From Calcarisporiella thermophila CBS 279.70 (lineage: Eukaryota; Fungi; Calcarisporiellomycota): a DNA stretch of 64,000 nt. The stretch is from contig NW_027192195.1 in assembly GCF_041956535.1 (NCBI RefSeq), positions 35,731 through 99,730 on the forward strand, given 5' to 3'. Every line of letters begins with the position of its first letter. Position 1 is the first letter of the stretch. The translations under genes were made by a program, and so were the position numbers. Below, in pieces: positions 37,411 through 49,571 of the stretch. The notes beneath the pieces are model-generated. The model saw nothing but the letters and a program-made list of their open reading frames with translations, searched no databases and was not told the DNA's origin.

Positions 37411-38058
37411 ATGGGAGTAGCGATCCGGCGGCTCCAGAAGGTGCGCGCTCCTTCCTAAGCCCGCTTGCCCTTTGGCCGGGATCGGCGGCATTGCCCATTC
37501 TCTAACTGCTTTTCAATGCACAGGAACTCGCCGACCTCAACACCGACATATTGCCAGGGATTAGCGTGGCACCAGTAGGAGATGACATGCTGAAGTGGCA
37601 GGGCTCAATACTAGGGCCAGTAAGTATCCTGACCAGTTCCGAGCTGCTCATCCCACAGCCTGCTCCCCAGCATGCCTCTCCAGCCCAAAGCTAACCCTTC
37701 CTCTATGCCCACCTCATTGCGGCTATAGCACAACTCCCCATATAGAGGCGGCCTCTTCCGCTTCGACCTCCATTTCCCCCCGGAGTACCCCTTCCGCCCC
37801 CCAACCATCCAATTCCGCACTCGTATCTTCCACCCCAACATCGACTCCACCGGCAGCGTTTGCCTCCCCATTCTTAAGCCCGACACCTGGAAGCCCGCGA
37901 CCAGGCTACGCTTCTTGCTTCTATCGATCCTCGAGCTGCTACAGCGCCCCAATCCAGATGACGCGTTGGTGGCGATGGCCGCGGATATGTATCGGAACCG
38001 CCCCGCGACCTTCAACCGGATTGCAAAGGAGTATGTGTTGAAATATGCAGTAGAATGA
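37411..38058 (+). CDS. Ubiquitin-conjugating enzyme E2, UBE2L3/Ubc4-like (3 exons)
   Basis: RRLQK|EL...WQGSILGP|..SPYRGG.F...FPPEYPFRPP...TRIFHPNIDSTGSVCLPILKPDTWKPATR...PNPDDAL. Confidence 0.9.
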
Positions 38059-38679
38059 CAGTGGCTAGAGAATGGTTAGACGCCCCCATCTCCTCTTTCT
38101 CCCCCTCAATGATATCTTGTGTCGATAGCTACTATTTACCCCCACTAGATGTTACCTATGTATTTCTTTATAGTGCTGCTCTTTTGTAATATCATCTCTT
38201 CTTTCTTCCGCTTTTTTCCCCCTCCTTCAGGCATGGCTACCCTCTTGCCTTCTAATACAACTAAATTTACGGGCGAAATGAGTCGAAGAACTCCAGACAG
38301 GAGAAATGGAGAGGAAAAATATACTAGTACTTCATGATTTACAGAACAGAACACATTTTCCACTGGATCAGTGCAAACTAATGAAAAAAGAAGAATAAAA
38401 AAAGGCAACAAAATAAAAAAAAAAGGGGGGGGGGGGGAGAGGAGGGGAAGGGGATGGGGAGAGGGAAGACAAAGAAACTGCAAAAGAAAAGAAATGTGTA
38501 TAAAACGAAGCAAAGAGGGATATACGCATCAAATCAGAAAAAGGGGGTTATATAGATAGAATAGTAATATGTCAGAAATATCGGAGTATATAAAAAGATA
38601 TACTAAGGAGTTGAAACAGAGTCAGCAATAGTCACTAATCGCCCGCCCCGGTTGGAATTCACCCGCCCTCGCCGATGCG

Positions 38680-39798
38680 TCAGTGCTCACCAACCAGCTT
38701 CAACCAGTCGTCCAGCTCTTGAGGGCCAACCTCCTCGCCGCCAAACTCCACCCCATCCCACAGCACCATGTCCACGTCTCCACCCTTCCCATACTCCGTG
38801 GCCTCCGGCACCTTCTTCACCTCTGTGCTCTCGCCTCCCCTTGCGTCCAGCTTGGCCTTCTTCGCGTGCGGCAATTTCCCACCACTCCGCCGCCGCTTCT
38901 TCTCATACTCTGAGGTGTCCTGCTTTAATGACGGGTCCGAGCTCTCGTGCTTCACGGGGAGGGCCTCGGTCACGAACTCGGCCGACTGGCTTGCGGTCGA
39001 CTTGCCACTGCGATACTGCGCCCCAACCCGCTGGGAAAATTGCAGTGGCCGGTGCTTCTGATACTGCTTATAGTACAGGCCGCATGCATTGCACAGCGGA
39101 TGCTTGCGGTCGTGGGTGCGGCGCCACAGAGGCGTCTTGGTGACGTGGCAGTTGTGGCATTCGAGGGCACGGGGGGGGCGGGTGCACGCCTTTTTCGCGG
39201 TCGCTGTGGAGGCGGGCGCGTCCGATTTGGGCCTCTTGGGTTTCTGCGACTTTTTCTTGGTGCCCGACTCCTTCTTCTCCAAGGGAGGCCGAGACGCAGT
39301 GGGGGACAGAGGATCCAGCGGGGTCAGCAGAGGGGATTGCGGTGATGATTTGCAGCTCTTCCCCTCATTTTCGCCCATGACCACCAATGGTGGCGGCAAT
39401 TCCATATCTCCGCCATCTCTTCCGACCATGCCCATTAGGTTCGGGATGGCCACCTCCTGGGGCAGCCCCCCGCCCACCATAGACCCCGCATGCCGCAGTG
39501 GCACACACGTTGGCACCTGTAACGGAAGCTGGCCGCCCTCGAAATCCTCCAGGAGCGCGCGATAATCCGGATCAATGCACCAGTGATCCTCGACGGTGGG
39601 GGGCTTCGCAGCGTCATGCACATTGAACAGAGAGGGCGGCAGGGAGGGCAGGTCGGGCCAACACAGGAATTCGCTCAACTCGACGTAGAGGGGCTGTGTC
39701 GGGGCGGGTGCGGGGGCATAGGCGAGGGTGAGGGGAAGGGATGTGGCGTCGTTCTCGGAAAACTCGCCCAGGTCCGAAGGAAAATAGTGGTCCGCCAT
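38680..39798 (-). CDS. GATA zinc-finger transcription factor (C-x2-C-x18-C-x2-C)
   Basis: [31 protein letters not shown]...RP. Confidence 0.92.
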   Translation of the reverse strand: MADHYFPSDLGEFSENDATSLPLTLAYAPAPAPTQPLYVELSEFLCWPDLPSLPPSLFNVHDAAKPPTVEDHWCIDPDYRALLEDFEGGQLPLQVPTCVPLRHAGSMVGGGLPQEVAIPNLMGMVGRDGGDMELPPPLVVMGENEGKSCKSSPQSPLLTPLDPLSPTASRPPLEKKESGTKKKSQKPKRPKSDAPASTATAKKACTRPPRALECHNCHVTKTPLWRRTHDRKHPLCNACGLYYKQYQKHRPLQFSQRVGAQYRSGKSTASQSAEFVTEALPVKHESSDPSLKQDTSEYEKKRRRSGGKLPHAKKAKLDARGGESTEVKKVPEATEYGKGGDVDMVLWDGVEFGGEEVGPQELDDWLKLVGEH

Positions 39799-40330
39799 GT
39801 CGATAAGGGAGGGGGGAAAGGATGCAAAAGTACGGGATTCAAAAAATGAAGAAGAGAAATAAAAGCGAGGATGGGTTGCTTAGAAGAGTCAGAGAAAACA
39901 CAACAATCAGACGCGTTGTTTAGCCATGGATTGGTGGTGGGAACAAGAAAATAGGGAAAAGAACGGAAGATAAGCAGCTAACCGGCTATATGGGGGTGGG
40001 AACAAAAAAAAATTGATCGGGAGCAATTGGTTGGGGAGCATGTGCCCGCATCTTGTACCTTTTTTACCCAAACCATAAAACCTTTTTTTACGGTACATAT
40101 TAAAGGGCTAACCTAACCTAATTCGCCCCGGAAGTCTCCCCCTCCTCCCAAGCCGCTTGTTTACCTGTGACTTGCATTTTTATTTACGATCGTATTTTTC
40201 TTTTTTTTTCATTTTCCTATTTCTTCGCCTACTTTTTTTCTTAGGGGGAGGTAGACTACTACGCTTGTAGCTCGACACCACTGATTCACTCGCGAAAAGA
40301 TTAGTTGATCAACCGTCGGCCAGTTCCACC

Positions 40331-41005
40331 ATGTCTAAGGGCAAAGAGAAGGCAGCCACCATCGACGATAGCGCTTTGGAGCAATCGCTCACCCAGCTTG
40401 AGCAGGTTGAGAAGGAGATCGAGGCGGTCGACCGCGAGCTCGTGCAGCAGCAGGTGAAGCTGACCGCCCCCATTTTCCAGAAACGACGCGGCATTGTCGC
40501 CAAGATCCCCAAATTCTGGGTCCAGGTGTTGCGAAAGCACCCCATCACCTCCAGCCTTGCCAATGACGAGGACCAAAAGGCCCTTGAATTCTTAACAGAC
40601 ATCGAGGTCGTCCGCGACGCAGAAAACCCCGACAACTACAAGCTTGTCTTCACTTTCGATGAGAACCCCTACTTCACCAACAAGACTCTGACAAAGGAGA
40701 TCCAAACTGAGGGTGAGGGCGAGGAAGCCGAGAGAAAGGCCACCGCGTGCAAGGTTGAGTGGAAGAAAGGCAAAGAGCTTGTCAAGGCCGAGGGCGAGCA
40801 CCCCGGTGACGAGGACGAGGCCAGCTTCTTCGACTGGTTCGTCGGCAACGAGGATGTCGAGATTGCCGATATGTTCCGCGACGACGTCTACGCAAATGCG
40901 GTGCGGTACTTCTTGGACACTCCTGAGGACGACGAGGAAGAAGGCGACGAGGAGGACGAAGACGAGGAGGAGGAGCGCCCCAAAAAGAAAAACAAGAAGG
41001 AGTAA
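40331..41005 (+). CDS. NAP/SET (Vps75-like) histone chaperone
   Basis: PIFQKRR..V.KIPKFW..VL..HP, F.FDENPYFTNKTLTK, V.WK.GK, SFFDWF, acidic tail. Confidence 0.92.
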   Translation: MSKGKEKAATIDDSALEQSLTQLEQVEKEIEAVDRELVQQQVKLTAPIFQKRRGIVAKIPKFWVQVLRKHPITSSLANDEDQKALEFLTDIEVVRDAENPDNYKLVFTFDENPYFTNKTLTKEIQTEGEGEEAERKATACKVEWKKGKELVKAEGEHPGDEDEASFFDWFVGNEDVEIADMFRDDVYANAVRYFLDTPEDDEEEGDEEDEDEEEERPKKKNKKE

Positions 41006-41197
41006 GCGCGTTTTGAACTGCCCTCCATAATTATTTTAATCCTCTTTCCCCCCCTCTTTTTTTTTCTTCTTTTTGTGCCTTTTGTTTATTAGATTTATAT
41101 ACTTTCTCTTAAAAAAATAAAAAAAAATAAAAAAAGGAAATAAAATTTAGGCTTCATCCTGCATCTCTTGGCCGGGAATGCCCTCTATAGGGAAAGT

Positions 41198-43123
41198 CTA
41201 CTCTTCTGATGGCAACGGCTTCATGGTTGGAAATGCCAGCACCTCCCTAACGTGGGTCTCGCCCGCCAACATCGCAATCATTCTATCCATCCCCATCCCC
41301 CATCCACCGGTCGGAGGCAGCCCATACTCCAACGCATTGCAAAACAGCTGATCAGGCAGTGGCGCCTCAGAGTCGCCTTGCTCTCGTTCTTTGAGCTGCT
41401 TTGCAAATCTCCTCCGCTGTTCGTCCGGATCGTTCAGTTCTTCGTACGCATTGACAATCTCCTTGCCGCCAACAAAGAGTTCAAATCGAGCCGAGAGTTC
41501 CCGCTAGCATAAACAATTCATATCCACCACAGGATGCAATTAATAAATCGAATAAACAAACTAAAAACAACAAAATCAGCTCATAAACCGAGCCGGTCAG
41601 CTTACCCCATTGATCAAGGCCGATTTGGCCAGCGGACTCATGACCACTGGATGATGGCACAAGAAGGTTGGCTGAGTACACTCCGGTTCAATGAGATGAG
41701 ATATCAGTTTGTCAAGAAGGCGGGGTATCGTGTGGGGTTCGGGGACATGGATGTGTAGTCGGTGGCAAATGTTGAGGAGAGGGTCGACAGCCTCTATAAT
41801 GACACCATTTGCAACCTCAAATAAGCTACCCCTGTTTTCTTAAGGCTTCATCTTGAGAAAGCTTACCCTCCCGCTCCAGCTCCGGCAACTTGTCTCCAAG
41901 CTTCCGCTCCAACGCCTCCACCACGTCTATCCTACGGTACGGTGGGGTAAAATCCAACCCGCCTACTTTGAGACCCCCTGTGATCGACAGCACCATTTTC
42001 GACACCATGTCTTCAGTCATTTGGATCAAGTCTTCAAGGCTGGCATACGCCATATAGAGCTCACAAGTCGTGAACTCGGGATTGTGATCGGCGTCAATTC
42101 CCTCGTTTCGAAACTGCTTTCCCAGCTCGTAGACCTTATCTATTCCACCAATAACTAGCTGCTTCAAATAGAGCTCGGGCGCGATACGCATCTGCATGGA
42201 CATGTCGAGTGCATTCGCGTAGGTGCTGAACGGACGAGCATTTGCGCCCCCCGACTGCGGCGAAAGAACCGGGGTCTCGACCTCGAGGAAATCCAGTTGA
42301 TCGAGGTAGCTTCGGACGAACCGGATGGCTTGGGCCCGAGTGCGGAGATTATGAACGCTCTTAGGGTTCACCAGGAGGTCGATATGGCGATTGCGAAACC
42401 TTTTATCCTTTGGATACAATTCCCCCCATGATTAGGCTCTGGAGATAAAAAACCGCCCAATGGGATGGGGGAAATATACGAGCAGCAGACCGCTAGAACT
42501 TACCGGCTCTTTCAACAAGGATCGCGTCGGGATGTCGTGATAGCATGGCGCCAAGAGCTCCAAGCGATCCGTCACAAACACACTCATCTGGCCGGTCTTG
42601 GTCTTTCCGGGAAAACCGGTCACAGAAACAATGTCGCTTCGGTTCAGTGCCTTTATGGCCGTTTGCCATTGCTCGTCCGTTCCAACAAAACTGCGCCGCG
42701 ATGCTACCACTTGTATCACATGCCCATCTTGCACAATGTCATAAAAGATAAGTTTTGAACTTGATTCTCGTATTGAGCTTATTCTCCCTGCGACCCATTG
42801 ACATCGGAAATTACAAAAATTCATAATGAGAATTTCTCATTGAAGGTAAATGTGACGGACTTACCGGCAATAGTAACGGCCTCCTGCATCTTTTCCCCAC
42901 TAGCTATCTCATTCCACCGCCGAAACACCTCCTGAACAGACAGAAAACTGGGTCGCCCATGGGAAGAGAAACGAGGATATGGGTCCACATGCAATCGTTG
43001 AAACTCTTGCTGCCGTTGTAACTTTTGTGTAGACGGCGTTGAATAGTGTCTAAACGAGTAGAGGTGAGAGGGAGGTTTGGCGGTACGGGGAAGAAGCGAT
43101 CGCACCACGCCTGCTATCCGCAT
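41198..43123 (-). CDS. MSK1: Lysyl-tRNA synthetase (class II), probably mitochondrial (multi-exon)
   Basis: Arg-rich presequence; OB-fold [19 protein letters not shown]; [47 protein letters not shown]; [16 protein letters not shown]...REVLAFP. Confidence 0.9.
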
Positions 43124-45493
43124 TCTCGTCGTGAGGGCTTAGGAGTCGTTTATCCGGGATTTTTGTTGTTAAAGGATCTTGCCTTAAGCACAAGCCACTC
43201 ATGCCATTTCGGACGCGAGCTGACAGACGGGGCTTCAAAAACCTCCCCGTCTCCCAAGACAAACCATTCTCTTTATCCGATATGAACATATATGTGCTAT
43301 TCATTGCCTCAATCGTCAATTCATTTGACTCTGTTGGGAATTCACCCCCTGCTGTGGCTTTAAAGAGATGCAATCCAAGGTTTTAAGAGCTCGTGGCCAA
43401 TTCTGGTGAGGCTGCACCAGGGAGCAAGAAGGCAAATTCAAATATAGCCTAGAGGCCGAATGTATGTATCTCATTTCCCCTTCTAGAGCGTAGGCTTTCT
43501 CGGATATTACATTGGCTCTCCTCCGTGAACTCGTGGCCAAAATCTGTCTGCACGATCTCGGTATTATTGCCTCTCCCGTTGCTTATTTAATTTTTTCTAG
43601 AAAGCTGTTTATACTGACGGAACAAAAAATGAAATCATAGGCAAAAGGTTCTCCTGACACATTCCACCGCCAACTGCATCGGCGAATTGGATGCTTAGAA
43701 AAGGACTTTGGTAATAACTCATCCTTCTCGCCATCGCGTCTGGCTTTGATAGACGTCAGCCGTTTCCATCGCCGCGTAAACGAGCTTTACATCTTGATCA
43801 ACCTACTTGGTTCATTCCACGTGCCCCAGGAGGCGATTAACATACCGCCATCTGTGCATGGCTTGTATGCCTCACTGACATCTTTCACCTTTCCTGACTT
43901 AAACAGGGAAGAAGTAGCCGGGCGGCTGTGGTGGGTGTAATTAGGTTGTTGAGACCGGCTGGATATCGAGAGTAATGCAAGCTCCATGGAAGGAAACTTT
44001 CGTGGATTGGACCCAAACTTTGTAGGAACCCGCGGTATGACTTGAAGGGAAACTGGAGGATGAACAAGTATCTAGATATTTCCACCTGCTTGCTAAGACA
44101 TGAAAAACAAAAAAAAGGCTGCATGGAATAAGATAACCGCAAATTCCGAAGACCGAAGGTCGTTGCCAGAAGTCAACCTCCCTCATGATTTTTGCTTTTT
44201 CTGGCTTTTCTCCTGCAATGCCAAGGTTGGAAGATTATGCGTCGTATTTTTTGGGTTAGGGCAAACTAACCTAACACATGACAACACATCCCAACCCCAA
44301 AAAAAAATCGCCGAAGCTGCGAAGGTTTGCCGCTAAACCGAAAATATTCGGCTGTGTTCTATCCCAATATTCTGTTCCTTGTCCAGAAGAACAAAAAATC
44401 CAACGTCTTGTCATAAACCTGTTTCTGGGGTCCAAACATAATCCTGACATAATCCCACCCGAGTCCATTTCATTGAAGGATGCGCGCTCGCCTATCCTGT
44501 CATCCGTCAAGACAGACTATGTTTGTTTTCGATGCACGGGAAGTGGGCATAATAACGTGCCCCCCCTCCCTCCCTTCCTCCTTAATACTGATAATATTAA
44601 TAATGCTTTGCATGGTTGGCACCATTTCTCCTCACCAGCCCACCCGTTCATTCCGCACTATCAGGCGACTTGCCGTCAAGCAGAAAGCAAAAAAAAAATT
44701 AAAAGCATCACGTCTAGGATAGCCATGATTGTGTTTTGTCATTGCAGATATCTTTACTCGCCCAACCTCACCCCTTCTCCCTCCCCCTTTGGCTTTTGAC
44801 TTGCACGCAAGATTTGGCATATATTTCCCACAGTGGAAATTTTTCCACTAGGCACTTTCATAGGCCAACACGAATATAGGATTCAATACAAAAAAGAAAA
44901 TAATAACAAAAGATGGATAAGATAAAAAGCAGGAAGCCGGGTTAAGCAATGTTTCGACCCTAATATTTTTGGGAGAGGGAAGGGGGGGTGAGAAGCTCTC
45001 CCTAGCCTCGCCCGACCCCACCCTCCCCCAATTTTCACTTAACTTTGCATATCGTAAGTACCTGAGGAATGAACCTCGTTCGAGGAAGTCGCGTGCCAAA
45101 TGCTTTTAGTACTCGCCATTTTTTTATGTTGGCCAAACCACCCTCGTTAGGACTCCGGGTAGATAATTTTGGCTTTCTGATGACCTTGGATGCGTCTCTT
45201 TCGCAGGATAATGTTAGAGTTTTCACGCTCGCGCTCCCTCTGTTTCCTTACCTCATTATTACTTCTCACACATCCACACGAGGGAAAAAAAATTATGCTC
45301 GTGACCCACTCCTTTACTTCGAAGGGTTGGCGAAAGGATATAAAAAGAGGCGAAACCCAAAGAAACCCTTTTAATATCCACCCTTCTCTTCTCTTCAAAG
45401 ACGGCTAAAGGCCCTTTTCTCCTCACTGTTGTCTCCACCACTGATCTCTGATCTCCTGTACCTGAAGCTTGCTCTCTCGCCCCCTTCTTCACC

Positions 45494-45595
45494 ATGTTGC
45501 GAACAATAAACCATCGATTCAACGTGAGCCGTGATCCTTGGCCTCCACTTCCACACATGCCTCTTCCGCCAAAGCCCCCCACCTCTCAAAATTAG
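45494..45595 (+). CDS. Candidate 33-aa Pro-rich micropeptide
   Basis: TATAAAA near 45339, CT-rich leader, ACCATG context, MLRTINHRFNVSRDPWPPLPHMPLPPKPPTSQN*, followed by a T-rich 3'UTR-like stretch. Confidence 0.35.
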   Translation: MLRTINHRFNVSRDPWPPLPHMPLPPKPPTSQN

Positions 45596-48500
45596 GGCCA
45601 TTGTAGTTTTTTGATTTTCGGGCTTAATTTCTAGCCTTTGGTTCGGCAATCTCGATATTCTTGAATTGTTGTTGGTTTGAAGATCATGCCCCTTGATACT
45701 TCTTTTTGCTTTTGCATATTCCATATATACTCTATCATATATGTTGTTTTCTATTCTATTACATTCTACGGCCCTCTCTTCCATCGCCCCCCCCCCCCCT
45801 CGCCCCTTTTCCCCCTTTCCCGCCCCATCCCATAATCTCTAAACGTATGTCCATTTCCTTTGTATATATTATTGTTGGACCGGCCCAGATCTGCTTTACA
45901 TTTCTCCTCATTTTTGATGGTTTGATTTCTTGTTCTTCTAGTGTGATGTTACCCTATTGTTTTCCTTTACCCTCCCTCTTTATCCCCTCTTCCTCCTCCT
46001 CCTTCTCCTCCTCTGTACTGTTAATGATAGTGGGATTTTCATCATCGGGACTTTGTAACTCTTTTCGATATACCATAATACATCATATATTAAACTTCGT
46101 TTTGTTAGAAGCCAATCCCTTAATTAGCAAGTGTGGAGACATCCGAAGAAATATAGGAATTTTGGAATATTGGAAATGAAGTGAGAGTTCAATCTATGTA
46201 TGGCTAACTGTGGAACAATAGACGAATGTTCATGTTGGGGCATGAACGGTTTGCTTGCAGAAAGAGAGAGGGCAGGCCTGCTTGCATTGGTAAACCATAA
46301 TTAGCCAAATGACGCATCAGAACTCTCTCTCCCTCTCTAAGGAATCAAGATCGTTCGAGCAAGGCTTGGCCAATCGATGTGGGGTATGCATCTATCCTCG
46401 TGGATCAAACAGAGGTTGAGTTTATGCCGGATGGCGTCAAGAAGTCTGCGTTGAAAATGAAGAAAGCAGCGGGCAAGTGATCGGCCTCTCAGCTTGTGTT
46501 TTGGTCAACATTGTCAAGTGACCAGGGGGGAGGCGAGGGCCTTTTTGCCTTGGACAGCCCACTTCTTTGGCCGGAACCCCTTAACGGTGCAAGTCGTTTT
46601 GCCAACACCGAGATCACCTTTGAAGACCCGTGCCAAAGGAATTGGTGAGTATTCTACAATGATAGTGCTCATGCATGGATTACCTATTGTCCCCCCTCCT
46701 TCCTCCCTCCTTTTGCAAATCCTATCCCTTGACTAAACGCACAAAATGAGCATAAAAAGCCACGTTAACCAGATCGTGATACCCCCCGGATGATTGCGCT
46801 TTATCCTCCTTTCCTCTCCAATTTTTAGATCAAAAAGTTAAGATCGAAAGAGATTCTCCCCACCTAGCCATGTTTCGTCAAGTCACAGGTGTGGAGAAGA
46901 GCATAGGATTTGCATATGAAAAGCCTAGTCGGGGACCTCTTAAACCATTATTGTTCCACTACTGGGCTTAACAATAGGGTTTCTTCCTACATATCTGAAC
47001 CTCTTTTATACTACATGCTGCTGGTGAGGGCTGGGTGGATGAATGTAACCTGGCTTTGTAATCTAAAATTATATTGCAATTTTAGATTACAAAGCCAGGT
47101 TTCTTCATATGTTATTTGAAAAAGAAGACATCGAATATCGATAGGGGCTCAATTAAGTTTGCTTTGCTTGTTCCCCCCTCCCTCTCTTCCCTTTAACTTT
47201 CCATATTGCTCTCTGCTTGGCGGTCCATCCTAGTAAGGCCATGATACTAGTACACTACAGTAGTAGTGTTCGCGTCCTTAATGCGGATTGGAGTTAGACC
47301 AAGAAGCAAAGAAATCAACTCAACTTGGTGGGGCAGATAGGGTCCCCTTGAACCCATAGATACGCAAGGCCTTTTGGCTAGACCACTTTCCATGACACTA
47401 CGGGGGCTGGAGGTTAAACTATACCTTTTGTTCAGCCAGATGGGTCTAGCGCTGTGGAATACTCAACCATCCATAAGCGCTGAGGACAGCTCCAACCCCG
47501 GATTATAATTTAGGCTATCAACCCTCAATCCGAGTATCCATACTAGGAATTCCTAATCGGTGTCGGAATGATAAATGAGCCTATGATCTCCCCATGAGCA
47601 AGAAATAACCAATCAACAGCCTACGATGATGACGGCATCATCCATGTTTTCAAATGATTTTACAATATCAAAACAAGAGGTTAGTGGTAAAGTCGCTTAA
47701 AGCCTAAATTCAAGCATTTGGCCAAAATTATATCAGTCTCGAGAACATGTGTACCAATAAAAAAGGCGATGCCTTCAAAACGAACTCCTCTAATTGAGCA
47801 GAGGAGCCACCCTATTCCACTCAAACCCAGCGTTAATTAGGTGGGACTCTGGCGTGGCTTCTCCATTCCGGTCTTCTCTCCTCCCGCCCCCCCCCCCCCT
47901 TCCTTGGGAGCAAAGCAACCCAGCAAGAAAACCACCTACAAACCCCTTCAGTGTATTTTTAGCTGATACCCGCTCTCCCATAGAGGAAAATGGTGCCATA
48001 GAGGGGTCGGCTTACAAAGAAAAGTACATGTATTCCTAGACCACGTGGATGTACCATCTTGGAGGTGGTATCTTATAGTTTTTTCCACGTTTATTGTCAA
48101 ACTTTAGTCCTGTTCAACCTTCGGGAGAAACCAAAAATTACACATGCATAGTTGCTATTCGATTTTGATTTCACACAACGGTGACCATGTCGGACAAAGA
48201 GGCCGGTGTGCCTCTTCTATTGTTGATTTCTACTCGCTATGCAAATGGTATAGTCTGGTTGAGCCTCGCCGACTCTCTCCTTCCTGGTATGAATAAGGAC
48301 AAGATACATGCATGCTGTTCCCTAAGGCATTCAAACACCTCTTCCTATCCTTGACCGACAACCTGAGTCGAATGGAGCCCGCTTCTATTAGGGAATAAGC
48401 TATAGAGTTATGGAGAGGACACAACCAAGGTTCGAAAATATACGCTTATGACCGAGCCGGGCTTTTACCGATGGAGATTACTTCTGCCCGCCCTTCCCCC

Positions 48501-49571
48501 CCCCCCCCCCCTCGCCCAACCCATGTAGCTTCTTAAAGATCGGGAAAACGTGAGCACTCTGGATTGGCATCTAACGAACCCTTATGTTTCCATTGAGCCT
48601 CTTTTACAATGGCCAACCGAGGCCAGAGACCTTGTTTTTTTTAGAACAGAAATTGGCTCTAATTTTTTTTTTCCAGAAGGGCGGAGTGGGGTAGGATGTC
48701 AAATTAGTGTTCGAAACTAAGAATGTATAGTCTTCTATAAGTGTGTAGAGCTTATGTCTTTACATTCATCAATAAACACGTAATATCAGAGGGGCATCGA
48801 TTACCCCAATGTTGCCACAGCTTATTCCTCTAAGCCGTTCCCCGCCCACCACATTGGAAGCCATACCAAGCCAGCTGGGTCGTCTCTGCTCTTCCTCCCT
48901 AGACACTCGACCTGGAGAAAGAAGGGAAGAAAGTGGGGAGGGGGAAAGGGGGGGGGGAGGAAGAAGGAAGGGGGATGTGCTAATTCAGAAGGGTTCTCGT
49001 CTCCAAAATAGACGCGGGCGAGATAACAGAAGATGCGCTTATTGTAGGTTCATCATGAAATGAACACAAGAAATGAACTTTGTGTTCCGCCTTAAGCTCC
49101 GGCTCAAAGCGATTGAAAAAAGATCGATGCATTAGGGTTCAATTGAGTGTGGAAATGACTGGATCACGGCAAAGGATTTGAATTGACCATCGTACCACTC
49201 GTGTGTTTTCCTCCCCCCTCCTTCCCTATTTTAACCTCCCCGCCTCCTCCGGCCCCAGTTCCTAGGTCGCCTTTCCTTACCACTTTTACTCATCGGAGAT
49301 ACACAAACACAATTTCTGTGCTCGTCGTTCTAACCTCGGCCACTGAATACAGTGTGGCTACTCCATTGTGATATATATTCCCTTTTTTCCTTATTTTTCG
49401 CTTCCTCTATTTTGTTCCTTTTTTCTTTTTCGTCTCTCGTTTCCTCTTGCTTACTCTGCTGCCCCCATTGTGCTCTGGCCCGGGCATAGTATCGAGATTC
49501 TGCTCCCAGTGTTGGTTCTTGGCAAAAAAACGACAATCCTCGAGGACGGTTTTGAAACAGGAATACACACC

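Noticed and set aside
47368-47382. GGCCTTTTGGCTA resembles the 5' stem of U2 snRNA
   Set aside because: The match stops after ~13 nt; the branch-pairing GTAGTA and Sm site do not follow.
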